The notes under the pieces were generated by a model. The model made no database searches, had not been told where the DNA came from, and saw nothing but the letters and a program-made list of their open reading frames with translations. This document shows, piece after piece, positions 1 through 9,334 of a stretch of 53,424 nt of DNA. Numbering within the stretch: the first letter of the stretch is position 1; every line of letters begins with the position of its first letter. The DNA comes from Dehalococcoidia bacterium. Its GTDB lineage: Bacteria; Chloroflexota; Dehalococcoidia; Lucifugimonadales; Lucifugimonadaceae. Made by a program: the position numbers and the translations under genes. Where the stretch lies: contig PBNX01000013.1 in NCBI GenBank assembly GCA_002723375.1, positions 1 to 53,424 of the forward strand, in the 5' to 3' direction.

Positions 1-56
1 AACTCAAGGGACGCTGCATCTGGAAGAAGAACCACTATTCCGTATCGGGAGGATAG

Positions 57-92
57 CTCTCACTCAGCAATGAGTGAGAGTTCTTTCTTTTT
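57..92 (+). terminator. Rho-independent terminator of a transcript that starts upstream of the window
   Basis: Perfect 10-bp stem: ctctcactca (57-66) pairs with tgagtgagag (71-80). The loop is a GCAA tetraloop, followed by the T-rich tail ttctttcttttt (81-92). Confidence 0.65.
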
Positions 93-112
93 GTATCAAT
101 TATTTGTAATGT

Positions 113-676
113 TTGTTGATGAAAGAAATTCAAGAATTTAAAAACATTTCTCTAGATGAAATTAATATATCTGCAATTAATGAAGATTTAATAGATGAAG
201 CAGATATAGATAATATTGTTGCCGACATTAAGGAAAAAGGTCTATCAAGACCTGTAATAGTTTCATTAAAAGATGGAGAATATTCGCTTATGTTAGGCAC
301 TAAACGGATTTTAGCAGCAAAAAAAGTTAATAGTAGCTCAATTTTTTGTGGCGTAATTGATGGAATTGTTGATAAATCTGAAGTAGCAGCAATTGCTTTA
401 TGCTATACCAGCCTAGAAGATATGCTAAATGATGAAGATAAAATTTTAGCTATTAACTACCTTTATAAAAATCTTAAAGGTGATTTAAACAAAATATCTT
501 CTATTACAAACATAAATAAAGATGAAATAAAATCTTATCTAAATTTTAACGAAGACGTAGAAAGAGTAAAAATTGGATTAAACAGTATTAATACAGGAAA
601 TCTCCAAACAAAATTAAACACTTTTACTCCAGGAGATCTAAGAGAATTAGTGAAATTATTAGATAAATTAAACTAA
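113..676 (+). CDS. ParB/Srx-like N-terminal domain protein with an HTH; no parA in the window
   Basis: ParB N-domain pattern ISLDEINIS...IKEKGLSRPVIV...EYSLMLGTKRILAAKK. The arginine-patch box is degenerate (GTKR instead of GERR). ATG at 119 is a likelier start than TTG at 113. Confidence 0.5.
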   Translation: MLMKEIQEFKNISLDEINISAINEDLIDEADIDNIVADIKEKGLSRPVIVSLKDGEYSLMLGTKRILAAKKVNSSSIFCGVIDGIVDKSEVAAIALCYTSLEDMLNDEDKILAINYLYKNLKGDLNKISSITNINKDEIKSYLNFNEDVERVKIGLNSINTGNLQTKLNTFTPGDLRELVKLLDKLN

Positions 677-688
677 GTTAACAATATA

Positions 689-781
689 TTATCTTCCGCC
701 AGTAGCTACAGCCAATACAACAATAATTGCCACAATCAAGCAAGCAATAAGAAATGGCGGGCTAGTTAAAAACTTTAACAT
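689..781 (-). CDS. Possible 30-aa hydrophobic single-pass membrane peptide, below the ORF-track cutoff
   Basis: Hand translation gives MLKFLTSPPFLIACLIVAIIVVLAVATGGR followed by a stop. An AAGGA Shine-Dalgarno-like motif lies about 7 nt upstream of the ATG. It lies 24 nt downstream of bcp on the same strand. Confidence 0.35.
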   Translation of the reverse strand: MLKFLTSPPFLIACLIVAIIVVLAVATGGR

Positions 782-805
782 AATTAATCCTTTCTTATTT
801 ATATA

Positions 806-1273
806 TTATGTTTTTACCCTACTTTGTACGAATTTAAGTACTTCTAGTGGATGATTCTCTGGGTCATTAATATCTTTCCATGCCTTAATTACAATACCTT
901 TTTCATCAATAAGATATGTTTCTCTTTTAATTGAGTCACCAAATTGTTCACTAATAAAAAAAGTTCCAAATTCTTTAGAAATCTTATAATCAGTATCAGA
1001 AAGCAAATCGAAATTTAAATTAAAATCCTTTGTAAATTGCTTGTGAGAATCGTTATTATCAGCACTTATCCCTACTACGTCACAATTCAACGAATTAAAT
1101 TGTGAATATATATCTCTAAATTTACAAGATTCTTTTGTGCATCCAGGCGTATTATCTTTAGGATAAAAATAAATTACTAGTAATTTTCCAGAATAATTTT
1201 CCGATTTCTTTTTTAAGCCTGCCGTGTTTATTAATTCAAAACTTGGGCATATATCTCCTATATCTATAGACAT
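806..1273 (-). CDS. bcp: Thioredoxin-dependent peroxiredoxin, Bcp/PrxQ type
   Basis: AhpC/TSA fold with the peroxidatic motif FYPKDNTPGCTKESC. The length (155 aa) is typical. Confidence 0.9.
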   Translation of the reverse strand: MSIDIGDICPSFELINTAGLKKKSENYSGKLLVIYFYPKDNTPGCTKESCKFRDIYSQFNSLNCDVVGISADNNDSHKQFTKDFNLNFDLLSDTDYKISKEFGTFFISEQFGDSIKRETYLIDEKGIVIKAWKDINDPENHPLEVLKFVQSRVKT

Positions 1274-1326
1274 ATTAATAAAATCCTTCTATAACTAACA
1301 TTAATAAAAATAAATTTTTTAATCCT

Positions 1327-2613
1327 ATGAATAAAAAACCAAATATAATTTTTATATTATCAGATGACCTAGGATATGAAACTTTAGGTTGTTATGGGGG
1401 AACTTCATACCAAACACCTAATTTAGATAATTTAGCGAAAACTGGAGCCCGCTTTAATAATGCTCATGTTCAACCTCTTTGCACACCTACTAGAGTGCAA
1501 TTGATGTCAGGTAAATATAATTTTAGGAATTATATTGGCTTTGGGTTAATGGATCCTAAAGAAAAAACATTTGGTCATATATATTCTGAAAATGGATATA
1601 AAACTTGCATAGCTGGAAAATGGCAATTATATTCTTACAATCCTCCAGGTGAGAAACCTGAAGATAGAAATAAAGGTCAAAAAATTGAAGATGCGGGCTT
1701 TAATGAGTATTGCGTATGGCATGCTCATCAAACTGAGGAAAAAGGGTCTAGATATAAGGATCCAATAATTTATCAAAATGGAGAATATTTAAAAGATACA
1801 AAAGATAAATACGGGGATGATATATTTGCTGACTATATCAATGATTTTATTGATAAAAATCAAAATGAACCTTTCTTTGTTTATTTTCCTATGACATTAA
1901 CCCACGATCCAAAAGAACCTACTCCGGATAGTGAAGAATATAAACTTTTTGAGCCTCCATCAAATAAAACATTGGGCGGGACAACATTTGATGAACTTGA
2001 AAATTGGGATGATGATCCAAAATTTTATAAAGATATGGTCGAATATCACGATAAGGTAATAGGTAGGATAGTTTCAAAATTAGAATCACTTAATTTAAGA
2101 GACAATACTTTAATAATATATGCAGGAGACAATGGTACAACACGCGGAATTGTTTCAAAGATGGGAGGGAAAGAAATTGTTGGCGGCAAAGGACTTACAA
2201 GCGACACAGGTACCCACGTACCATTAATATGTAATTGGCCAAAAAATGTTCCTCAAGATACAGTGATTGATGATCTAATTGATGCTTCAGATTTTCTTCC
2301 TACATTTTTAGATGTAAGTAATATTGAACATAAAGATGTTATTGATGGAAGATCTTTTTATCCTCAGATTATTGGGGAAAAGGGTAATCCTAGAGATTGG
2401 ATCTACTTTTATTTTGATCCTAATAGCCCAAGACTAAAACGACCTGTATCAGAATTTGTAAGAGAAAAAAAATGGAAATTATATTCAGATGACAAGATGT
2501 TTAATGTACTAGAAGACCCAGATGAAAAAAATATAATTTCTTGGGATAAAAATGAAGAAACTAAAATTGTTTATAAAAAGCTAAAAAAAATACTTTCTGA
2601 AATAAAACAATAA
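1327..2613 (+). CDS. Cys-type sulfatase (arylsulfatase family) with no signal peptide
   Basis: N-terminal IIFILSDDLGYE metal-binding start and the formylglycine motif CTPTRVQLMSGKY (CxPxR). A later GDNGT motif is also present. Confidence 0.88.
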   Translation: MNKKPNIIFILSDDLGYETLGCYGGTSYQTPNLDNLAKTGARFNNAHVQPLCTPTRVQLMSGKYNFRNYIGFGLMDPKEKTFGHIYSENGYKTCIAGKWQLYSYNPPGEKPEDRNKGQKIEDAGFNEYCVWHAHQTEEKGSRYKDPIIYQNGEYLKDTKDKYGDDIFADYINDFIDKNQNEPFFVYFPMTLTHDPKEPTPDSEEYKLFEPPSNKTLGGTTFDELENWDDDPKFYKDMVEYHDKVIGRIVSKLESLNLRDNTLIIYAGDNGTTRGIVSKMGGKEIVGGKGLTSDTGTHVPLICNWPKNVPQDTVIDDLIDASDFLPTFLDVSNIEHKDVIDGRSFYPQIIGEKGNPRDWIYFYFDPNSPRLKRPVSEFVREKKWKLYSDDKMFNVLEDPDEKNIISWDKNEETKIVYKKLKKILSEIKQ

Positions 2614-2614
2614 T

Positions 2615-3172
2615 TTATCTTCTGAATACTCTAGGATCCAACTTATTCGGTTCTACTTTTTCCACAACTGTACCTGATAATATATCATGCCCACATCTTC
2701 TATCAGTTCTAAAGATTAATAATGTTTGCACGAGAATCAAAAGTGCTACGAATGAAATTATATTCTCTGAAGAACTAAAAGATTGTGTAGATGAGTTAAC
2801 TTGAAAGCTATTTTCGTTAATAAAAAAAATACTTAAGAAATTAGGTATTTGCCATACAAATAAATAGCGAATTACAAAAATATTTTTAATACTAGGGACT
2901 TCTAGAGTAGCTGCGTCAATAATTCTAATTGAAATTAATCTCTTCCCAATAGTTTGTCCGTCTTTAATTAAAAAATTTCCTTGTACGATAATTACTATTA
3001 ACAAGCTAATAATTGATAAAATATTTGCTGATTTAATTGAGAATAATGAAAAAATTGTTGGAATCAAAAAGCTAACTCCAAAAGAAAAAATTGCATCAAT
3101 AAAGAAAGCATAAAATCTCTGCGATCTTTCTGCTAAATATACTTCGGTTCTCTGTTCAGTAGTATTTTCCAA
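2615..3172 (-). CDS. RDD family membrane protein
   Basis: R..FIDAIF, GQTIGKRL and R.CGHDILSGTVV signatures, with 3-4 hydrophobic helices. Confidence 0.7.
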   Translation of the reverse strand: MENTTEQRTEVYLAERSQRFYAFFIDAIFSFGVSFLIPTIFSLFSIKSANILSIISLLIVIIVQGNFLIKDGQTIGKRLISIRIIDAATLEVPSIKNIFVIRYLFVWQIPNFLSIFFINENSFQVNSSTQSFSSSENIISFVALLILVQTLLIFRTDRRCGHDILSGTVVEKVEPNKLDPRVFRR

Positions 3173-3275
3173 TTTTATTACTATTAATATTTTTTATAAC
3201 TAAATATATTTCAAATACAGTAAGAAATATTTTTTTGATAACTATTTATATATATTATATATTGATTTTATATCC

Positions 3276-4106
3276 ATGGAGGTTAAAGTGCTACCTAACA
3301 AATTAAAAGAGACTCTCAGTTCTGGAGGAAAAGTTTATGGAACAATGTTATGGGGAATACAAGGGACAAGATTAATTCAAACATTAAGTTCAGATTATAT
3401 AGATTATGTAGTAATTGAAGCAGAGCATGCAGCAAGAACAAGACTAGAAATCAATGAATTAACTTCTGCATTAAGATCTAAAGAAATAACAAGCATAGTA
3501 AGAATTACTTCCCCAAACCCAGAAGTTGCAGGTGCAATGATTGACGCAGGTGCAGACGGAATTTTGATTCCTTATACAGAAAAAATAGATGAGCTTAAAC
3601 TTTCCTTTGGCAGAACTTACTTTAATCCATTAAAAGGCGAATATTTAGAAAAAGCACTTAATACAGGCGAATTTCCAAGTAAAAAATCTGAAGATTATTT
3701 AAGGAATAGAAATAAAGATAAAATATTTATATTAGGGATAGAAAGTGTGCCTGCAATGGAGAATCTTGAAAAAATGATAAATTCAGTTGAAAAAATTGAC
3801 GGAATATTTGTAGGTCCTAATGACTTAACAACATCAATGGGCATTCCTGATGAAAAAGATTCAGATTTATATGTCAATGCATTAAAAAAAATTATTAGCA
3901 CATCAGAAAGTCATTCGATTCCAGTAATGATTCATCATGCAACTATGCAAGAAAGTAACTTGTCTTTAATTTTAGGATCCAGGTTTATTTTGCATGGAAG
4001 TGATGCATCGTTTTTAGGGCAAAAGATAGAAGAGGATTTTAAATTATTAAGGTCAGGCAGCAAAAATAAAAATGAAGAGGAATCAAAAATAGACAAGCCC
4101 TATTAA
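3276..4106 (+). CDS. HpcH/HpaI-family class II (2-keto-3-deoxy acid / 4-hydroxy-2-oxo acid) aldolase
   Basis: The family pattern VVIEAEHA, IVRI, ADGILIPY, LGIES and GIFVGPNDL is present. Confidence 0.75.
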   Translation: MEVKVLPNKLKETLSSGGKVYGTMLWGIQGTRLIQTLSSDYIDYVVIEAEHAARTRLEINELTSALRSKEITSIVRITSPNPEVAGAMIDAGADGILIPYTEKIDELKLSFGRTYFNPLKGEYLEKALNTGEFPSKKSEDYLRNRNKDKIFILGIESVPAMENLEKMINSVEKIDGIFVGPNDLTTSMGIPDEKDSDLYVNALKKIISTSESHSIPVMIHHATMQESNLSLILGSRFILHGSDASFLGQKIEEDFKLLRSGSKNKNEEESKIDKPY

Positions 4107-4546
4107 TATTTATCTATCAATTCTTTTAAAGCTGCCCATGAAAGAAGGGCGCATTTAATCCTCACTGGAAACTTCTTAACACCTTCTATGGCATAGGAGT
4201 CGCCAATAGAATCTAAATCTTCGTCAGACAATTCCTCATCTTTAAGCATTGCCCTAACATTTAAATTAATATTTTTTACTTCTTCAATCGATTTTCCATA
4301 AACAGAATCACTCATTAATGAGCCAGAAGATTGACTTATAGCACAACCCCTTCCTGTAACACTAATTTTTTCAACTATACGATCTTCAGAAATTATCAAT
4401 TGAAGTTCTATTTCATCTCCACAAAATGGATTATGCGCCTTTGTCTCATCATAGTTACCTGATAATTTTTTAGAATTTCTAGGATTTTTATAATGATCAA
4501 TGATCACTTCTTGGTACATATCATCAAAATCTGACAACTCACTCAT
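4103..4546 (-). CDS. sufU: Fe-S cluster assembly sulfur-transfer/scaffold protein SufU
   Basis: HYKNPRN, NPFCGDE, GRGCAISQSS and KCALL motifs. It lies directly downstream of sufS. Confidence 0.9.
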   Translation of the reverse strand: MSELSDFDDMYQEVIIDHYKNPRNSKKLSGNYDETKAHNPFCGDEIELQLIISEDRIVEKISVTGRGCAISQSSGSLMSDSVYGKSIEEVKNINLNVRAMLKDEELSDEDLDSIGDSYAIEGVKKFPVRIKCALLSWAALKELIDKY

Positions 4547-5766
4547 TATTTGAAATACTCCTCGACTTCTAAAAGGCGGTTAATAAAAATATCTATCTCT
4601 TCCTTAGTATTATAAATATAAACACTGGCCCTGGATGCAGCAACAATACCATAGCTTCTAACTAAAGGCATTGCACAATGATGACCTGTTCTAATTGCTA
4701 CACCAAATTGATCTAAACCGCTTCCTATATCATGTGGATGAACTTTATTATGACTAAAAGAAACTACTCCTCCTCTTTTTTCTTTTGATTTTTCACCTAA
4801 AACTTCAAAATTATCTAATGACTTAAATTTACTAAATATATATTCTCCAATTTCTATTTCATGATTCCATACATTTTCCATTCCAATGTTTTTTAAATAA
4901 TCACATGCAAACCCCAGTCCTATTGCATCAGCAATATTTGGGGTTCCTGCTTCAAATTTATAAGGGAGGTCATTCCATTTAGCATCTTCATAAGTGACTT
5001 CACTAATCATGTCTCCTCCAAAAAGGAATGGAGGCATTTCATTTAAAATATCAAATTTTCCATACAAAACTCCTATCCCAGTTGGGCCAAGCATTTTATG
5101 CCCTGAAAAACAAAGAAAGTCACAATCTAAATCTTTGACATCAACAGGCATGTGAGGAACACTTTGACAGGCATCTATTACTGTAACTGCTGGTGTAGAA
5201 TTAGCAATATTAATTATTTCTTTGACAGGAAGTAAGGTACCTAAAACATTTGACATATGCGTGATTGATATAAGCTTAGTTTTAGTACCAATCATAGATT
5301 TAAATTTATCTAAATCAACATCCCCAGACTCAGTAAGGGGAATATATTTTAGGTTTGCTTTTTTATTTTTACATAATTCTTGCCATGGAACTATATTAGA
5401 ATGATGCTCAAATGGTGTTATAAAAATATCATCATCCTTATTAACATTTCTTGAGCCCCAGGTATAAGCAATTATATTTAATGATTCAGATGCATTTCTT
5501 GTGTAAATAATTTCTTCATCTTTATCAGCATTTATAAACTCTCTAACTTTAGATCTTGATTTTTCATATTCATTAGTTGCTTTTACACTTAAAGTGTGAA
5601 CACCTCTATGAACATTAGAATTATAATTTTCATAATAATCAACCAAAGAATCTATTACTAATTTGGGTTTTTGAGAAGTAGCTGCATTATCAAGATACAC
5701 TAAGTCATTTCCATTAACTTTAGTTTTTAATATTGGAAAATCTTTCCTTATTCTTTCAAGGTCCAT
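4546..5766 (-). CDS. sufS: Cysteine desulfurase SufS (PLP-dependent, class II)
   Basis: YLDNAATSQKP, SGHKMLGPTGIG (PLP lysine) and RTGHHCA active-site loop. The gene sits in the suf operon. Confidence 0.93.
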   Translation of the reverse strand: MDLERIRKDFPILKTKVNGNDLVYLDNAATSQKPKLVIDSLVDYYENYNSNVHRGVHTLSVKATNEYEKSRSKVREFINADKDEEIIYTRNASESLNIIAYTWGSRNVNKDDDIFITPFEHHSNIVPWQELCKNKKANLKYIPLTESGDVDLDKFKSMIGTKTKLISITHMSNVLGTLLPVKEIINIANSTPAVTVIDACQSVPHMPVDVKDLDCDFLCFSGHKMLGPTGIGVLYGKFDILNEMPPFLFGGDMISEVTYEDAKWNDLPYKFEAGTPNIADAIGLGFACDYLKNIGMENVWNHEIEIGEYIFSKFKSLDNFEVLGEKSKEKRGGVVSFSHNKVHPHDIGSGLDQFGVAIRTGHHCAMPLVRSYGIVAASRASVYIYNTKEEIDIFINRLLEVEEYFK

Positions 5767-5767
5767 T

Positions 5768-7054
5768 TTATTTAAATGCTAGGTTTGGTAAAATTAATTC
5801 TGTTTGATTAGATGCAAATTTTCTTATCTTATCGTCAGAAATTGAATTAATCATTTCATCAACAAAACCTCTAACAAGCATTCGCGTGGCTGTTTCTTTT
5901 TTTAAACCTCTAGACATCATATAATACAATGTATTCTCGTCTACATTTCCTGCGGTAGCTCCATGGGAGCATTCCACATCATCTGCATATATTTCTAGGC
6001 TTGGTTTTGTATCTATTTCTGCACCTTTTGACATTAATAAATTTAAATCTTTTTGTGTAGCATATGTTTTTTGTGCTCCCTTTTCGACAAATATTTTTCC
6101 ACTGAATACAGCTTTTGATTCATCTGAAAGAACTCCTTTAAAAAATTGATTGCTCTTACAATTTGGAGCGAGATGATCAACTGTTATATGAGTATTAAAT
6201 TGATTTTTATTATTAGTAAAATATATTCCTCTTAAATCACACTCACTCCCCTCTCCAGACATAATAACTTTAATATCATTAGAGCCGATAGATGGAGAAT
6301 GGCAAAAAGAATTATTTTGGTAGGAACTACCTTCTTCTTGAAAAACTCTTGTAAAGTTAAAGTTCATATCTTTTTCTGACCCCAAGATAACTTTGTTGTG
6401 TATTAATTTAGAATCTTTATCAAGGTGTATTTCTAATACAGGAATATTGAGTGTATTAAAATTTGAATCAAAGTGAATCTCATTTATTGTAACTTCTGTA
6501 TTTTTAAGTATTTTTATACACATTCTTTCAGTAACCAAACGCTCATCTTGGCTTTGGCCAGCAAAGACAATATTTAAAGCTTTTTTAGAAAAATTCTCAT
6601 CAATCCAAAAGCTTGTTATATCAGCAACAGCTGCATTTAATGCGATAAAACCATCTTCTTCTGGATTAGCAATTTCACCAATATTTGTTTTTGAAGGACT
6701 AGAAGCTCCAATTCCTTCTGGCTCAATAAAATTTCTTCCAGCCAGATGATTATCTTCATCTCCAACAATAAGAATTTCATCTTCTACAATATTTATTCCA
6801 CATGAATTTAATTTTTCTAAAACAGATTCAAAATCAGTAGATATCCTTTCTTCATAAATACTTTTAATAAAATTTGAACTTGTTACATTTCTAAGATCAA
6901 GGTATTTCCATCTTTCATTTCCTTTTTTCTTTAAAGGAAATCCATTTTCAATAAAATAGTCTGCGCCTGGAGCAACAGCTCTCATAAAGTAGAAGTTTTT
7001 ATTACTCTTAAGTTCAGATTCAATAAGTTTTTTATAATGATCTATGTAACTCAT
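5768..7054 (-). CDS. sufD: Fe-S cluster assembly protein SufD
   Basis: The C-terminal beta-helix region matches the SufB/D family (LEIYADDVECSHGATAG, YYMMSRGL). It is positioned between sufC and sufS. Confidence 0.88.
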   Translation of the reverse strand: MSYIDHYKKLIESELKSNKNFYFMRAVAPGADYFIENGFPLKKKGNERWKYLDLRNVTSSNFIKSIYEERISTDFESVLEKLNSCGINIVEDEILIVGDEDNHLAGRNFIEPEGIGASSPSKTNIGEIANPEEDGFIALNAAVADITSFWIDENFSKKALNIVFAGQSQDERLVTERMCIKILKNTEVTINEIHFDSNFNTLNIPVLEIHLDKDSKLIHNKVILGSEKDMNFNFTRVFQEEGSSYQNNSFCHSPSIGSNDIKVIMSGEGSECDLRGIYFTNNKNQFNTHITVDHLAPNCKSNQFFKGVLSDESKAVFSGKIFVEKGAQKTYATQKDLNLLMSKGAEIDTKPSLEIYADDVECSHGATAGNVDENTLYYMMSRGLKKETATRMLVRGFVDEMINSISDDKIRKFASNQTELILPNLAFK

Positions 7055-7806
7055 GCAAAGCTTTCATATCCATCATTTTCAATTTTTTTCACGAGATCAG
7101 AATTTCCAGACTCAGCAATCTTTCCATTTATTAATATATGAACAAAGTCAGGTTTTATGTGATCAAGCAATCTTTGATAATGTGTCACTATTAAAAAAGA
7201 TCTTTTAGAATCTCTCAAATTATTAACTGCATCACCTACCGCTTTTAAAGCATCAACGTCAAGACCGGAATCAGTCTCATCCAGTAATGCAAGATTAGGT
7301 TCAAGCATCATCATTTGAAACACTTCATTCCTTTTCTTTTCTCCGCCCGAAAAACCCTCATTCAGGGACCTTTTCATTAAATCAGAGTTAATATTAATTT
7401 TTTTTAAATTATCATCATAAATTTTTGAAAATTCTCTTACAGATAATTCAGGATCCCCATTAGCCTTTCTTTTGGCATCAACAGCAGCTTTCATAAACTG
7501 CCATGGCCTTACTCCGGGTATCTCAGAAGGATACTGAAAAGCTAAAAAAATTCCTTCTCTAGACCTTTCATCAATATTCATATTTAGTAGGTTTTTTGAT
7601 TTAAATTTAATAGAGCCCGAGCTAACTTCATAACTATCTCTTCCCGCAATTACATTTACTAAAGTACTTTTACCACCTCCGTTGGGGCCCATAATTACAT
7701 GAGTTTCTCCGTCTCCAATTTCTAAATCTATTCCTGATAGAATTTCTTCGCCAGTTTCAGATACTAATGCTTTTAAATTTTTTATTTCTAATATTTTGTT
7801 ATCCAA
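7051..7806 (-). CDS. sufC: Fe-S cluster assembly ATPase SufC
   Basis: Walker [13 protein letters not shown] signature FSGGEKKR and Walker [13 protein letters not shown]. Confidence 0.95.
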   Translation of the reverse strand: MDNKILEIKNLKALVSETGEEILSGIDLEIGDGETHVIMGPNGGGKSTLVNVIAGRDSYEVSSGSIKFKSKNLLNMNIDERSREGIFLAFQYPSEIPGVRPWQFMKAAVDAKRKANGDPELSVREFSKIYDDNLKKININSDLMKRSLNEGFSGGEKKRNEVFQMMMLEPNLALLDETDSGLDVDALKAVGDAVNNLRDSKRSFLIVTHYQRLLDHIKPDFVHILINGKIAESGNSDLVKKIENDGYESFA

Positions 7807-9265
7807 CTGCCCCCTCCAAACTAACTTTTAGTAATTGACCAGCCTCTACAGCAAACTCGAATGGAAGTTCTTTAAAAACCTCTTTGCTCCAACCAGTTAT
7901 AATCATGTGATGAGCCTCTTCTTCATCTAACCCTCTTTGCATTAAATAGAATAGCTGGTCATCACTTACTTTAGATGTAGATGCCTCATGTTCTAATTTT
8001 GCTGAAGGGTTTTTTACTTCAATATATGGAACTGTATGAGCTCCACATTTATCTCCAATAAGCAAAGAATCACATTGAGTAAAGTTTTGAGCATTTTCTG
8101 CAGATGGCAGAACCTTAACTTGACCACGATATGTATTATTACCTTCTCCAGCCGAAATACCCTTAGCAACAATATTACTTCTAGTATTTTTGCCAATATG
8201 AATCATTTTAGTTCCAGTATCAGCTTGCTGACGATTATTAGTTAAAGCTACAGAATAAAATTCACCAACAGAATCATCGCCTTGAAGTATTACGCTTGGA
8301 TATTTCCAAGTAATTGCAGATCCAGTCTCAACCTGAGTCCAACTAATTTTAGAGCCTTTTCCTAAACACTTACCTCTTTTTGTTACAAAATTATATACAC
8401 CTCCAACCCCTTCTTTTGTTCCTGGGTACCAATTTTGTAGCGTTGAATATTTTATTTCAGCATTTTCAAGGGCAACAAGCTCTACTACAGCCGCATGTAG
8501 TTGGCTACTTTTTCGTATTGGAGCTGTACATCCTTCTAAATAACTAACATAAGAATCTTTATCTGCAACTATAAGAGTTCTTTCAAATTGACCAGTATCA
8601 GCAGTATTTATTCTAAAATATGTCATAAGTTCTATTGGACACCTAACCCCTGGAGGAACATAAATAAATGATCCATCTGAAAACACTGCAGAATTTAAAT
8701 TAGCAAAATAGTTATCCGAATAAGGAACTACACTTCCTAAATATTTCTCAATTAGATCAGGATGATTTTTAACTGCCTCACTAAATGAACAAAAAATTAT
8801 TCCAAGTTCTTTTAATTGTTTTTCATATGTTGTGGCAACTGAAACGCTGTCAAAAACTGCATCCACAGCAACACCTGCAAGTTGAGCTCTTTCTTCTAAA
8901 GGTATACCCAATTTTTCAAAAGCTTCAAGCATTTCCGGATCTACATCTTCTAAAGACTTAGGAGCGTCAGATAAATTTGGGGCTGCATAGTAATGAATAT
9001 CTTGATAATTAATATCAGGATAATCAACCATAGCCCATTCTGGCTCACCTTCTTTTTTGTCCTGGGCAAGCCAATGCTTATAGGCTTTTAGTCTCCAGTC
9101 AAGCAACCATTTTGGCTCTGATTTTTTACTACTTATTATATTAATAATCTCTTCGCTGAGACCCTTGGGGACTACTTCAGTTTCTACGTCAGTTGTAAAA
9201 CCCCATTTATAATCTTTATCTTCTAGTTTTGTTTTTCGAGATATTGAATTATTATCGGATGTCAT
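7799..9265 (-). CDS. sufB: Fe-S cluster assembly scaffold SufB
   Basis: Highly conserved SufB blocks are present ([37 protein letters not shown]). Confidence 0.95.
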   Translation of the reverse strand: MTSDNNSISRKTKLEDKDYKWGFTTDVETEVVPKGLSEEIINIISSKKSEPKWLLDWRLKAYKHWLAQDKKEGEPEWAMVDYPDINYQDIHYYAAPNLSDAPKSLEDVDPEMLEAFEKLGIPLEERAQLAGVAVDAVFDSVSVATTYEKQLKELGIIFCSFSEAVKNHPDLIEKYLGSVVPYSDNYFANLNSAVFSDGSFIYVPPGVRCPIELMTYFRINTADTGQFERTLIVADKDSYVSYLEGCTAPIRKSSQLHAAVVELVALENAEIKYSTLQNWYPGTKEGVGGVYNFVTKRGKCLGKGSKISWTQVETGSAITWKYPSVILQGDDSVGEFYSVALTNNRQQADTGTKMIHIGKNTRSNIVAKGISAGEGNNTYRGQVKVLPSAENAQNFTQCDSLLIGDKCGAHTVPYIEVKNPSAKLEHEASTSKVSDDQLFYLMQRGLDEEEAHHMIITGWSKEVFKELPFEFAVEAGQLLKVSLEGAVG

Positions 9266-9334
9266 TTTAAATTCCTATGCTATTAAACGATGTAAATATT
9301 TACTCTTCTTAATTCTATCTTAATTTTTACTAAA

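Noticed and set aside
1-60. Possible SRP (4.5S) RNA fragment, because of ctggaagaagaacc resembling the GGAA-tetraloop region of helix 8.
   Set aside because: The flanking bases do not form the conserved helix-8 pairing (UCC-GGAA-GGA), and the symmetric/asymmetric loop consensus is absent. The similarity is too weak to call.
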